DNA of 64,000 nt from Octopus bimaculoides (GCF_001194135.2 NC_068990.1:67064210-67128209), one strand, 5' to 3'; positions 1 through 12,440 are shown, counted from the stretch's first letter. Notes: a model not told the origin generated them from the sequence alone. Program-made: numbers and translations.

Positions 1-119
1 CTTGTTTCTTGTTATATTAGTATATTTGTTGTTGTGCATATGTGTAATGCGAGTTGTTTTAGATTATTAGGTGCTTATTGTATTTGGTATGTTGTGTGTG
101 GGAGATTGTTCTAGCTGAG

Positions 120-360
120 CTATTCTGTTGAATGAATAGTGTCTTGTGCAAGATGTAAGCTGCTCCAAACAGATCTATTTGGTGGACAGTGTGTAGTGTC
201 ATGAACCTGGCATGGTTTCTATGTTTCTTTTTATGCTTTTAAAATTATACCTAATTTTTCAGATACTATTGGTATTGTTTTCGCCTACATACCCTACATC
301 TTAAGCATTTCAGTTTCAAGGCTTTTGTATTTGGGTAGCCTTACCACATCTTTATGGGCA
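120..360 (-). mobile_element. R4/Dong-like LINE, 3' end (RLE C-terminus), degenerate
   Basis: Minus-strand frames give RLPKYKSLETEMLKM..AKTIPIV..LGII and TVHQIDLFGAAYILHKTLFIQ, matching the intact copy at 37724-37948. Confidence 0.75.
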
Positions 361-569
361 GTAAAAGCAAACAAGATATGATACAAAGATGTGCCAAACA
401 GAGTATGTGACAGTGACCTGGCCACTATAACCTGGGTTAACCCTGTCCAAACTGATAAAGAGATCATTGAAACATAATAATAAAGGACTGGAAAACAAAT
501 ACTTGCACACTGATAGATTGCAATCCCCTCTGACAAAAAAAAACAACAACCAGAAAAACAATTATTATT

Positions 570-775
570 AAGGTGATGAGCTGTCAAACTTAGCAGATCA
601 GACAAAATGCTCAGCAGCATTTTCTCTGGCTCATTGCCTTCTCAGTTCAATTTTGCCTTTCATCCTTTTGAAGTCAATAATACCGGTCAAGTACTTGGGT
701 CAACGTAATCAACTTTCTTGCTGGCCTTGCCAGAAATTTAGAAAGATTTTGTCTTCTACTTCTAATTGTTATTAT
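570..775 (+). mobile_element. SINE family B
   Basis: attattattaagg-tgatgagctg...gttcaa..tttgcctttcatcc..taccggtcaagtacttgggtc; homologous to other B copies in the window. Confidence 0.8.
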
Positions 776-842
776 CAGTATTGTGTTGTTGCTTTGTTTT
801 GCATGAGCTGTTCCAAATCTTACACAGAAATCTCTGGGTGTT

Positions 843-1216
843 ATTACCTCTACCTTCACGAAGGCAGTTGTATTGTTTTCAGTCATGTTTGTTTGTTTGT
901 TTGTTTGTCCATGGACAAGATATCTCAAGAATCACTGGATAGATTCAGATGACACTTTCAAGGATGTTTGGCCTGGTGATTGGCACAAATGGATTAGATT
1001 TTGGGATCGATCTGGTATCAGACAAAGATTCTGAATTATTTTTCCAGTTTTTTACTTAATTTTTGAGAGCAGTCAGGTTCATTTTTAGTATTCTCGTTTG
1101 TGAGAGCAGTTGAGTTTATTTTAGATATTCTCATTTTAAAAATCATCTCCAGCTAATCATTGAGAGGACATTAATGCTGCATTGGCAGAGGTTTGTGATC
1201 TGTGAGCGCTCTTGTT
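843..1216 (+). mobile_element. Non-autonomous Helentron/DINE-1-like element
   Basis: Starts tt|attacctctacc, has an internal (GTTT)n, a subterminal inverted ggcagaggt, a 3' hairpin remnant gtgatctgtgagcgc, and ends cttgtt. Confidence 0.55.
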
Positions 1217-2140
1217 TATGGTTAACATTGCTATACTATAAGGGAAAGGAGACCGAAATCTGTTATTTTTCAGTTTCAAAGGATTTTAAAGAAAATCACA
1301 CATTTCCAAGTTGACAATGTTTTTCTTTGGATGAGGACAGTACACATGAGAACAATTGTTTGGTATTCTGATAATTTTGGGTTTTCTGGTATTTGGTTAT
1401 ATTGTTTTATAGTTCCATTTGGTATTGTCCTCAAAACTTTACCTGATCACTGGTAAAGTTTTTGTTAAAAAGGGGAGTGCAGAAGACAGCTGCAGCTTGG
1501 CGCGGATAGTACCTAAACGAGAGACGGAGCTGTATACGGGTCGGACCGTTCACCACCTACCTTTAAACAATTGAGGACTGGACATATTCTCAATCTATGA
1601 ACATTAATTTCCCTGTTTGAACACTTTCTGTTGTTGCAATCAGAAGTTTACCCTGTTTTTCTTACATTAGAATTTGTCTGATCATAACAACATATTAAGG
1701 GTAATTTTACATTTTTAGTATTTTTGCTTCATTGTGTGAGTTGTCTGTATGTGGTTTTGTGTGCAATGGTCTGCATTTTCTCGATGGCTTTGTGACTTGG
1801 GGAAAATAAAATGCATGTCTTGTGTGTTAGTAGGAGTTGGTAAAATAAGATGAACTTGGATTACGAGTTCCATCAATATTGCAATAAGAAAAGATAATTT
1901 CCTAAAGAATAGCTATTTTTTTACTTCTGATTGGTCATTCCCATGTTCTGAAAGAATTTTGAAGAGATGTAAAAAGCTTTTAGGTTGCCGCTAGCCACTT
2001 GGTTGAATCCAATAAGTTGCTTGAGGGAGAGTGGAAAATACCTCACTTATAAAAGGATGAGGTAGAAAGAAAAAGGAGTGGAGAACTAGAAAATGGACAG
2101 TTATAAAATAACTTGACAAAAAAATAAAAAGAAGCAATAG

Positions 2141-2330
2141 TTAACCATTTCAATATCAGCCTACCTGAGACTGCCCTTGGTTTATGCAAGACTGTCTAGT
2201 TTAAAAATTCGATCATTATTTCATGTAAGAAACTTTTGTGAACATATGTTCCAAACAGCAGCTTAATGATGGAAATATTTGTTATTTCAGTAGATCCTAC
2301 CAATTAATTCATTATTTTAAAAATTAAATG
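2141..2330 (+). mobile_element. piggyBac-like MITE, partial
   Basis: Begins ttaaccattt; interior (tgttccaaacagcagcttaat) is similar to 14175-14390. Confidence 0.45.
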
Positions 2331-2496
2331 AAGCGTACTGGAAGTATTTTGTGAGAAATATGGTCATAAAAGTTAAAAGCCACAAACAAGAAAAACCCAA
2401 CTAATTTCATTTAAGATTTCTGAAAGAAAGATTTACAGTCCAAGAGGTGGGTCTGCTTCATTGCAGCCAGTAGAAGGAGGATCATCATCGCCATCA

Positions 2497-2750
2497 TCAT
2501 CATCACCATCATCATCATAACTTTTAATATCCATTTTTCCATGCTTGCATGGGTCTGATGCAATGAGTAAAGGAACATTTTCTATGGATGAATGCCCTCC
2601 TTTTTGCCAACCCTCACATGTTTCCAAGCAAGATGATATTTCCTAATTGCCACAAGTTTGTCACAGAAGAGTGGAAATGAACATGCTGCCTGTATGACAG
2701 AGCGCTCATTTACAGTCATGTGATGTCAAGATAAAGGTGCACATACACAC
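2497..2750 (-). mobile_element. SINE tail C1 (RTE-like 3' end)
   Basis: (CAT)n followed by ttttccatgcttgcatgggt, the reverse complement of the shared RTE-type tail. Confidence 0.8.
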
Positions 2751-3471
2751 ACTCGTGTGAGTGCACCTTTATCAAAACAAACAATAAAAAGGCAATTGAT
2801 TTATCAAACTTGTGAAGATTAAGTCAGCAGAATGAATGGCTGGAGAGTAAAAGCAAGTCTTGGAAGTGAGAATTATTTGTAGCCTTAGAAAATTGGTCTT
2901 TAAGAAGCAGGTATAATTCTTCTGATGTTTGGGAATCTATGATATTGTACATGTAATACACACAATGCAAAACAAATGTTGGTAAGCAATATTTTCTAAA
3001 TCACTTAGTTGCCTTTGTTTTCACTCATTTTATATATTTAATTCCTTTGTATAAAATATTTAGTTAACTTATATATGTACTACATGCAGAATTGCATACA
3101 CATTTCATATATTAATAAATAGATGATACACACACACATACATATTATTTTGTGTGTCCATATATATATATGGAGACATATTGCACTGCAAAAAAAAAAA
3201 AAAAAGGTAAAATTTAATAAATGAAAATAGTGGGACAGGAAAAGAGCAACAATATGTAGCTAACGTGCAAGTATGTTCACTCATATATAAATTCCTGGAG
3301 AGGATAAAGAATTCAAAGTAAACAGCAATCTTTGATGCAAACACTTTCAATACATAATGTTAACATAATAACAAGTTAGGAGAAATTTGCTGCAAAATCA
3401 CTGAAGCAAAATGACATGAAATTTCATCCATGAGTACCTATATATATGTGTGTGTATGTGTGTGTGTGTGT

Positions 3472-3474
<3 letters not shown>

Positions 3475-3543
<69 letters not shown>
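3475..3543. repeat. (TA)n microsatellite
   Basis: Perfect dinucleotide run. Confidence 0.98.
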
Positions 3544-3547
<4 letters not shown>

Positions 3548-4326
3548 GCTAATAAATGAGAGTGTGAATATGTGCTGATATAGTTAATTATATGTACTTG
3601 TTCATATATTTTTATCGTGTTTATAATATATATATGTAGTCTTGTATGCACATATATATGTATAATTATATAAAATGTTATATATATATGTATGTGTGTG
3701 TGTGTGTGTGCGTGTGCACGTGTTAATCATATGTATATCTATAATTATATAAAATATGTTTTATATATATGTATGTATCTGTATAATTATTCACTATATG
3801 TGTGTGTATATGTATGTATGGTTGCATGCTTTCGGTTGTTATTATATATTTAAAGTTATATAGGAATATCAGAAGAAAAAAAACACCCAAAAAATGCAGC
3901 TTTCGGGATTGCAGTTAAAATTGTGCAAATCTTACCAAAATAAGGTATATGGCCTGCGATAAAAATAGGCTCTGCAAAGAAAAGGGGTATTTTCTATGTA
4001 ATGTAGGTAACAAAACCAAGCAAATAAGAAGAACAAAAAAAGAACAGAAAGAAAGAAAAATTAAAAAAATACATAAAAGAAATGAAACAAAATACGGAAT
4101 ACAGAAAAAGAAGTAAAATAAAATATAAAAGCAAAAATAATAATGATGTAAAAATTAATGAAATCTAAACTCAAACTAAAGCAAAGAAAATGAGGTTAAA
4201 TATGTTATTTGCTTAAGAAGCGATATTAAAGTAAATAGGGATAATATAAAGATGGGAGAAAACCAAGGAGAGATTGAAAAAAGAAGATAAAATGAAATTA
4301 TCCAAACATATATATATATATATATA

Positions 4327-4722
4327 NNNNNNNNNNNNNNNNNNNNNNNNNNNNNNNNNNNNNNNNNNNNNNNNNNNNNNNNNNNNNNNNNNNNNNNNNN
4401 NNNNNNNNNNNNNNNNNNNNNNNNNNNNNNNNNNNNNNNNNNNNNNNNNNNNNNNNNNNNNNNNNNNNNNNNNNNNNNNNNNNNNNNNNNNNNNNNNNNN
4501 NNNNNNNNNNNNNNNNNNNNNNNNNNNNNNNNNNNNNNNNNNNNNNNNNNNNNNNNNNNNNNNNNNNNNNNNNNNNNNNNNNNNNNNNNNNNNNNNNNNN
4601 NNNNNNNNNNNNNNNNNNNNNNNNNNNNNNNNNNNNNNNNNNNNNNNNNNNNNNNNNNNNNNNNNNNNNNNNNNNNNNNNNNNNNNNNNNNNNNNNNNNN
4701 NNNNNNNNNNNNNNNNNNNNNN
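4327..4722. other. Assembly gap (396 N)
   Basis: Run of N following (TA)n. Confidence 1.
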
Positions 4723-5499
4723 TTTAAAAGTAACTTTCAGGTTAAGAGAGAAGAATGGAAAGAAAAAAAGAAAATAAATAAAATATATCCAATAACGGAA
4801 CAGGATTTATGTAAAGAAAAGGAAAAAAAAAATTTAAGTATGGTTCTAAGTTTTTCAATAAAAATATATTAGTTTAAACCTTATCCTATCTAAAATAATA
4901 TATATTATAAACCTTATTTTGAAAGAAAAAGAAAAATGTAGCAGGCCAACTGATGGGACGTGAACCATAAATCTCTCCTTTTGCTCTGTGACCACTGATC
5001 ACATTACCAATGTATACTGCAGAGTGTCCACCACAACAGTAAATCGATTTTTTTTAGCTATTTATAACTGTTAATATTTTATTTTTTCAAGATAATATTA
5101 TGGCTACTTTCTTTCTATTTATTTTTTTTACCTTGTAAAATTGCAAGATGGCATCTAATGCAGTTTAGCCTTCTTAAAAATAGTTTTGCAACATATTGCA
5201 AATCTATTTACAAGCTTATGGTTCTTAGATGACTTAATAACTACAATATTATGCATTCATCTCCTGGCCTCATACATTTTAATCAGTATCTTTTCTAATC
5301 ATCTTCAGTGCTTAAGCTTACAGTTGAACATTTAGATCTTTGCCTTAACTCTCAAGGTTAAAACACATTTTTACCAACAGTGCCAACATTTTTACCACAG
5401 TGAAAAACTTCCCTGGAATTAAACTTATATCAATCATTGCCTTGGCCATAAAATTTCATGGACAAAAACACGAGTTAATGGAATATATATATATACATA

Positions 5500-5715
5500 T
5501 TCTTTTGTGCTTTTACCTGTTTCAGCCATTTAACTGCAGTCATACTGGAGCAGCACCTTGAAGGATTTTAGTTGAACAAATCGACCTCAGGAATTATTTC
5601 TTAAACCTAGTAATTATTCTATCAGTCTCTTTAGCAGAACTGCTAAGCTACAAGGATGTAAACACACAAACACTGGTTGAAAAGTGGTGATGGGAGTGGC
5701 AAACACAGATACATA
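5500..5715 (-). mobile_element. SINE A alternative 3' tail (A2)
   Basis: Homologous to 26500-26690. Confidence 0.75.
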
Positions 5716-5744
5716 CATTGTTTGTCAGTTTGATAACACACCCC

Positions 5745-6125
5745 AATATAGTTGAGAAGCTTCCTTTCTGAGCATGTTGTTTTGAGGTTTTGTGTTCAAT
5801 CTCATTGCTCAGTGTTTTGGTCAAGCATCTATTACTATAGCCCAGGGCTGGATGAAACCTTATGAGCAGATTTCATATATGGAAACTGAAAGAAGCCTAT
5901 CGTTTGTGTGTGTGTGTGTGTGTGTGTATTTTTGTATGCTGGTCGACATCATGTCATTGTTGTAAACAAACATCACTATCATACAAGCGATGTTGTTTCC
6001 AATCTTCTGTTAAAAGTAAAACTGATTATGGGGAAATATTACCTTTCTTGGAAACAGGTGGGAAAATCTGCCTCATGCCTCAATGGATTTCATCTGGTCC
6101 ATGCAAGCATGGGAAGTGGATGTGT
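5745..6125 (+). mobile_element. Composite SINE: A head + (TG)n + C1 tail
   Basis: ctattactatagcc..ggaaactgaaagaagcc, then (TG)n, then ...ccatgcaagcatgggaagtggatg. Confidence 0.75.
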
Positions 6126-6148
6126 ATGTGTGTGTGTGTATATGTGAG

Positions 6149-6365
6149 GGCACATGGCTTAGTGGCTACAGTGTTGCATTTACAATTGCAAGATTGTGAT
6201 TTCAATTCCTAGACTGGGTGGTGTGTTGTGTTTTTGAGCAAAACACTTCATCTCACATTGCTCTGTAATCATTTCAGCACCTGATACGTGGTACACAGTG
6301 CACCTGTTCAGAAAACAGATTTGATGGAGGAAGTGACCACTATAAACAAATCATTTGTGCAAGTC
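6149..6365 (+). mobile_element. SINE family D (tRNA-like head)
   Basis: ggcacatggcttagtgg (A box), gtgatttcaattcc (B-box remnant), gtgttttgagcaaaacacttca. Confidence 0.75.
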
Positions 6366-6719
6366 AATAAAAAAAAGGTGAATGCTCATACATCATCTTT
6401 GACAGGAGAGTTCACCACACACACACACACACACACACCATACACACGCAATTTGTTCATATTATGCTTGTGTTTCTGTACTGGAAAGGTTGAATGACTT
6501 CTTATTTGAAGCAAATTTTGGGGCTAGATGCTCTTCCTGTCACCAACTTGTACTTGTTTTTCAAGTAAGAGATTTTTTTTGTTATCCCACTTAATTTCAA
6601 AGCCTCAAAGATACAGAATGTCATGGTTACCTCGAATTTAAACCTGACAACACTGTTTCTTGTTCAAATAAAGAAACTGAAATGACATCTTGAAAACACA
6701 AACACACACACATTCATGT

Positions 6720-6860
6720 GGTGGGGTTTTATACAGCTTCCATCCATGAAATTTCCTCACAAGTCACTGGTTAGTGCAAGGCTTATATTAGAAAACACTG
6801 CCACACAGTGAGAACAAACTTGAAACCACATGGCTACAAAGCAAGCCTACTTTCAGCTCA
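6720..6860 (-). mobile_element. SINE A head, degenerate
   Basis: Similar to the reverse complement of the A consensus. Confidence 0.6.
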
Positions 6861-7353
6861 CCTAATATAATATTTTTATATTTATTATCTGCAGTTTTGA
6901 GTAGTTTTGCAACAGTCTTGAATTAGCAGGAATTTAAAATATTTTGATGCTTTCAATGTAAATGAGTTCTGGTTGTAAACTATTATGTATATCAGGACTG
7001 CTACATTCTTTCACACTATCATATATTAAGATCTTTTATTTGGTAATATACTTTTAGAGAGAGGGAAAACAGACTTGCATGACATTTATGCATGTTTTAT
7101 TAAAAGAGAAATCATTCATTTGTAGGCTTCATATACTGGATTGCAATATTGTCTTATGCCACCACCAAAATTCTAATCTCTTGCTCTATGGCATTCATTA
7201 CTTGCAACAAAAATATCAAAATTCATTATTTCCTTTGGAATAAATAGATAAAAACAAGAGGGAGAGAGAGAAGGTGGATATTTAAATGTTCAAGTTGTTT
7301 CTTTTATTTATACTGTTTTTAGTATTGGCTGGAAAGACCTGTAGATTTGTTAT

Positions 7354-7655
7354 TTTTAATACATAATTTAATATTTTCAGTAATGGCAATCATTCAGTTA
7401 TACAATACATCAATCCTGTAAAGTGAAATGCCACACAATTTGATATCTGCGGACACAACACTAGGCTTGAGATTATGATCAAAACTTTAGCATAGGTTGA
7501 AAAGATCTTCAAATTTAAAACTTTTGATACATAATTTATTATTTTCAATTATGCCAATCACTGAGTTATGCAAGACAGCAACCCCATAGAGTGAAAAGCC
7601 ACACAATTTAATATTGGTAGGCACACCATTAGGGTTGTGACTATGATCAAAATTA
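7354..7655. repeat. Diverged direct duplication, 168-nt period
   Basis: 7354-7487 aligns ungapped to 7522-7655, about 80% identity by manual count. Confidence 0.85.
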
Positions 7656-7959
7656 TGAACTTGTAAACTCATCTTTTAATTCTCATCATTTTTCAAATGT
7701 TTTGCTATTTTGATAAAAACATTTTTTTCTACAGAACAATGAAAACTTTTCACAGAGTAAAAGAACATTTTGGTACCCATGTTTATATTGCAATGCTTTG
7801 AGTTGTAACTTAAATTGTTTGAATGAGTTTAACCCAATGAGAAATATTCAATATCATTTGTTAGTCAGTTATTAAATGTTAGACATTTTTGGTTTTACTA
7901 AACCTGGACAGCAGTATTATATCAGTGAGAACCACAGCCCGTAATGGTAGCTAACACTA

Positions 7960-8900
7960 AGCAACTGAGGGTATCTGAGATGATATACAAGCACAGTGAA
8001 TCAGTTGGTTGGCCTGTAGAAAGAGTAAATCAAACCTGAAGCAGATTGGATCTGAATGAAGGTTGGTAATGATGATCAGATAGTAAACACTGCAATATTT
8101 TGGCCATCTATCAGAGCCCAGAATCTCTGATGGATAGATGACAATGTGGAGAAAGATGATATAGAAGCAGAAAGATCCCTCAACCAGTTCGAAAAAGCAG
8201 AGTAGATGCATATGATAAGAAAGAAGAGAGAGACTTATTATACAGATGATAACCAGGGAACTGCTATGAAACTGCAGACCAGCTCAGTGGATGGGATAAG
8301 ATTTCAGCTAGTGAGAAGGTGATATGGTGAAGGAATGTTATGGTAGATAGAGCCATTATACCTAAAAGAGATACCTGGAAAGATTGGTATAAAGTGGGTA
8401 GGTGGAGATCAAAATCAGAGATTTTCATGAGAAGCTAAATGTTAGATAACAAGGAAAGAAGTTAAAAGTAAGGAACTTATCAATGTACTACAATGCGAGG
8501 ATTAGAGGTGTGGTGTGTTCCAGATTGGAAAGTAGGTGAGAATTGGGATGTTGGGAAAAGTGTATACGGAATGATAGCAGCACATTTGCCCTCAATGATA
8601 AGGAGAAGAAATAGGTATGGAAATTTTAATCCAAGAGGTTGCTGAATGAGAAGAATAAGTGGGAGAGAGAAAGCAAGAGACCTCTTGAAGCAAATCCAAC
8701 AGAATTATTAGTCATTGAAGTTGACAGCAATAAAGTCAATAGCTTGATTAAAGATATGGAATGAGAAGTAGCTGGGCAATGGAGTAGTTACTGAAATGCT
8801 GAAACTATCTAGTAAAGTGGAATATATACTAATCACTCACAGTCAGTCATATAAACACATCAATGTAAACTTAGGCATGACAGAATTAAAGTTGTATCAG
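7960..8900 (-). mobile_element. Possible highly degenerate CR1/Jockey-like LINE (endonuclease/linker region)
   Basis: Purine-rich plus strand; weak minus-strand fragments such as IDFIAVNFND and FWALI. Confidence 0.25.
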
Positions 8901-8964
8901 AGGAAGACTAACCCAGAAGGAAGGTATTGCCTGTAGCAGATGCACAGGAGAATCCTCCTCCTCC

Positions 8965-9350
8965 TCATCATTGTTTTAATGTGAACTTTTTCATGCTTGC
9001 ATAGGTCAAATGGGGTTTATTGAGGAAGATTTTTTATGGCTGGATGCCCTCCCTGTTGCCAACACTCACTTGTTTCTAAGAAAGACCAGATATGTTTCTG
9101 CAAAATATTGGAAATGAATGACACTGCTCGTATAATAGTGACACTCATTTACAACTATCATACAGTCTCAAGACAGGGAGACAAATGCACACACTCATAT
9201 ATATACATGCATACATATATATGATAGGTTTCTTTCAGTTTCCATCTACTAAATCCATTCACAAGGCTTTAGTTGACCTGGGGCTATATTAGAAGACATT
9301 TGCCCAAGTCGCCATGCAGCGAGACTGAATTTGAAATTATATGATTGGAA
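8965..9350 (-). mobile_element. Composite SINE: A head + microsatellite + C1 tail
   Basis: C1 tail 8965-9200, (CA/TA)n, A head 9225-9350. Confidence 0.8.
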
Positions 9351-9519
9351 AAGGACATTAATATGATAGAAAAAAAAAATCAGGGAGCTTTTACTTCAGC
9401 AGGCAACAGAAGGATTCTCTTTCTGTGTGAAAGGCAAATTGTATGATATTTATGTACAAAGTGTGTAGCTGCAGGATAGTGTAACATATGGAAGATGTAA
9501 AAAGTCTAGAAAGAAATCA

Positions 9520-9880
9520 AGCAAGCATTCTCTGTCGGATTTGAATGCTAGTGTACACAAATGACAAAGAACAAATATGCTGAGAGAAAAAAACAAGAGG
9601 AATTGAATGAAGAGTGCATGAGAGAGTAAACAGTACTGGTATGGATGTATGTTATATAGAGAGAATGACAGTTGAGTGAAGAGGTGCCAAACAATCAAGG
9701 GAGAAGGAACTTGTAGAAGAGATAGGAAGAAGTGATGAAAAATTATCTCTGACTGAATTTCTTAAAAGAGATGATAAGAAACAGCAGCAAATACCCAAAT
9801 GCTGTGATAAGGAAGACCCATCAAAATCAGGCGAGCATTGTAAAATGGATGTAAAAGGAATGAGGATGATGACAACAAAG
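9520..9880 (+). mobile_element. RTE-clade LINE 3' end
   Basis: Frameshifted LREK..RGIE..HERVKQYWYGC.. with a (GAT)n-type tail; homologous to 43345 and 46715. Confidence 0.65.
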
Positions 9881-9989
9881 ATGATAAACCTGAAGGTAAA
9901 TTAACTGCAAGGAATCAAATATATTTTCCTTGAATGAAATAGATTCTACATGGGATCTATGTTCCTTCTCCCTTGTTTTGGAAACTGCT

Positions 9990-10200
9990 ATCATCATCAT
10001 CATTACCATAATTATTTACTGTCCATTTTCCATGCTGGCATGGGTTGGATGGTTTGAGAGGATCTGGTAAACCACAGGGTTGAGTTGTGTTACAGTGTCA
10101 GCTTTTGCATGGTTTCTACAGCTAGATGCCCTTTCTAATGCCAACCACTTTACAATGTGAACTGGGTGCTTTTTTCATGCCACCAACACTAGTGTAGTTG
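9990..10200 (-). mobile_element. SINE C2 (RTE-like tail)
   Basis: ttttccatgctggcatgggttggatgg...ctaatgccaaccacttt. Confidence 0.8.
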
Positions 10201-10622
10201 TCAAAATAGAAGCAAGAGGGGAAAAGAACAAGAACAGGGAAAAGCAATAACATTCCTCTTTGAAAATGTTACTCAAACGAAAAATATCATGGATAGCTTT
10301 GAAATCAGTAACTTTGAAATCTAAATAATTTCATGGATTTGAAGCAACTGTTTTATGGTAGAATACTCATTACTAGCTTCAGCTATTTCATATTGAAAAG
10401 CTGGTGCATGACCTACTGCAGTAAGCTAAGTGTTCAAAGCATTGCATTGTAAACATGGAGAATATGTTAATGTATGTAATTGCCTTGTGTAAAATGTTCA
10501 TGCAACATTAAATCATAATTTTTCATTAGTATCTGTATGAATAGTTGAAGCAGTAATAACATAGCAGTTATCAGAATAGAAGTAATGATGCTGTTAGTGC
10601 TAATAGTATTAGTGTATATAGC

Positions 10623-10840
10623 AAGGCAGTGAGCTGTCAGAATCATTAGTATGCTAGACAGAATGTTTAGTGGCATTTTGTCCATCTTTATGTCTTGAGT
10701 TCAAATTCTGCCAAGGTCAACTTTACCTTTTATCCTTTCAGAGTTAATAAGATAAGAACCAGTTGAATACTGGGGTTGATATAATCAACACCCCCCCCTC
10801 CCCGAAATTGCTGGCCTTGTGCTAAAATTTGAGACTAATA
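10623..10840 (+). mobile_element. SINE family B
   Basis: aaggcagtgagctg...gagttcaaattctgcc...ggccttgtgctaaaatttgagac. Confidence 0.85.
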
Positions 10841-11079
10841 TTAGTGTTTATAGTATTATTGTTGTTGGTGGTTATAATGAACATTAATTAATTCATTTGC
10901 ATAGAAAAAATATTCTGACCACTGAAAAACCATCCATCCATCCATCCATCCACTCATATTAGTCTGCTTCTTGGCCTTACTTGTTCCATACATTCTATTT
11001 TTCTGTAGGTGAGTGGGTATAGAGATAGAACCATAACTGGTGTATAGTGTAGATGATTATCATCATCACATTTCATTAT

Positions 11080-11720
11080 TGCCATTGTCATCACTAATGT
11101 CATTACTGTAAATTGTAACGTCTGTTTTCCCATGCTTGAATGGTACAAACAAGATTTATAAAGATAGAGTTTCTACAGCCAAATGCTCTTCCTGTCACCA
11201 ACTTTCACCTATCTCCAGGCAAAGTAATGTTTTCCCTTTGTCCATACATGTTTCCATGGAAAATTGCAAGCAAATGTTACTGAATGCATAACAGTAAAGT
11301 TTGTTTACAATCAGTGAGCAATGTCAAGACAAGGACACACACATATATAAGTGGATGCTAAAAACTTCCTGGCTTTAAGAATATCACAAAAGGCCTGGCT
11401 GGAGGCCAAACTTTCTAAATCCATTTACAGGGCTTAAAAAGTCTGAAGGGATGCGGCAATTAGTGTGTGAATCTGAGAGGGAAATATGTTAAATAAAATC
11501 ATAATTAACTGATCTTCCTGTATTTTTTTACCCAAAGCCAGGAACTTTTCAGCACCCCTTTTATATGACTAGTTACTTTTCAATTTCTATATACCAAATT
11601 CATTCACAAGGTTTTGGTCAGTCCCTGCAAGTATAGTAGAAGACATTTGGCCAAGTGGGACTGACCTTCAAACCACACAGTTGTGGAACAAACGTCTTCA
11701 TCACACAACAGTCTGTACCT
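11080..11720 (-). mobile_element. Composite SINE (A head + C1 tail) split by a mariner MITE
   Basis: C1 tail 11080-11345 and A head 11570-11720 on either side of the MITE. Confidence 0.65.
11350..11562 (+). mobile_element. Mariner-derived non-autonomous element
   Basis: TIRs gtggatgctaaaaacttcctggcttt / aaagccaggaacttttcagcacccct; internal transposase C-terminus CVNLRGKYVK*; TA-rich flanks. Confidence 0.8.
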
Positions 11721-12091
11721 TAGATCAAAGAGAAAATTATTGGTTATTAAACTGAGAAGGTATACTCCTTGTCCATTATTTTAAATATTAATATTGTAAT
11801 AGCTGGCATAACTTCGTTAAGTGATAGTAATTTTATAACAGCCAACACAAGTAGCAGAAACTGGTTATGAAGATAGCAGCAACACTAGTGGACATATTAA
11901 TAAAATCAGGTTATTCTATAAGTAATTTCCGTTTGTAGAATAAAGACAATTTAAATGTGATTCTTTATGTTTAAATGTTCTATGAATCTAGCTTGATTAA
12001 CTGCAGACTTGAAAAATAATGATGCCAATTAAAATACTAATATTGCTTTATAAGACTACTTGGTTAACACGATAGTACAAAAAGCCTAGTG

Positions 12092-12270
12092 GAGGTATGT
12101 GGCTTGGTGGTTAGGGTGCTCAGCTCACTGTTATAAGGTTGTGGGTTCAATTCCTTAAATGCATGGTGCCTTATGTCCTAGGGTAAAGGCATATCAATTC
12201 AAGTTAGTTCTATCATTTACTCAGTTGAAAATGAGTACCAGCCAAATACTGATATAACCCTCTGTCCTCT
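12092..12270 (+). mobile_element. SINE family D
   Basis: gtggcttggtggttaggg...gggttcaattcc. Confidence 0.65.
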
Positions 12271-12329
12271 CTTCAGTTGTCACGTGAAAAATGTTCTGTT
12301 CGGTCAATCGTGAAAGAATTAAGAACATG

Positions 12330-12440
12330 TATCTATCTAATCTAATCTAATCTAATCTATCTATCATCTATCTATCTATACATACATACATACATACATA
12401 CATACATACATACATACATACATACATTCATTCATTCATA
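12330..12440. repeat. Compound microsatellite (TCTA)/(TCTAA)/(TACA)/(TTCA)
   Basis: Direct reading. Confidence 0.95.

Noticed and set aside
4274-4777. 167-aa ORF spanning N bases (also the ORFs at 50720-51475)
   Set aside because: Open only because the assembly gap translates as X
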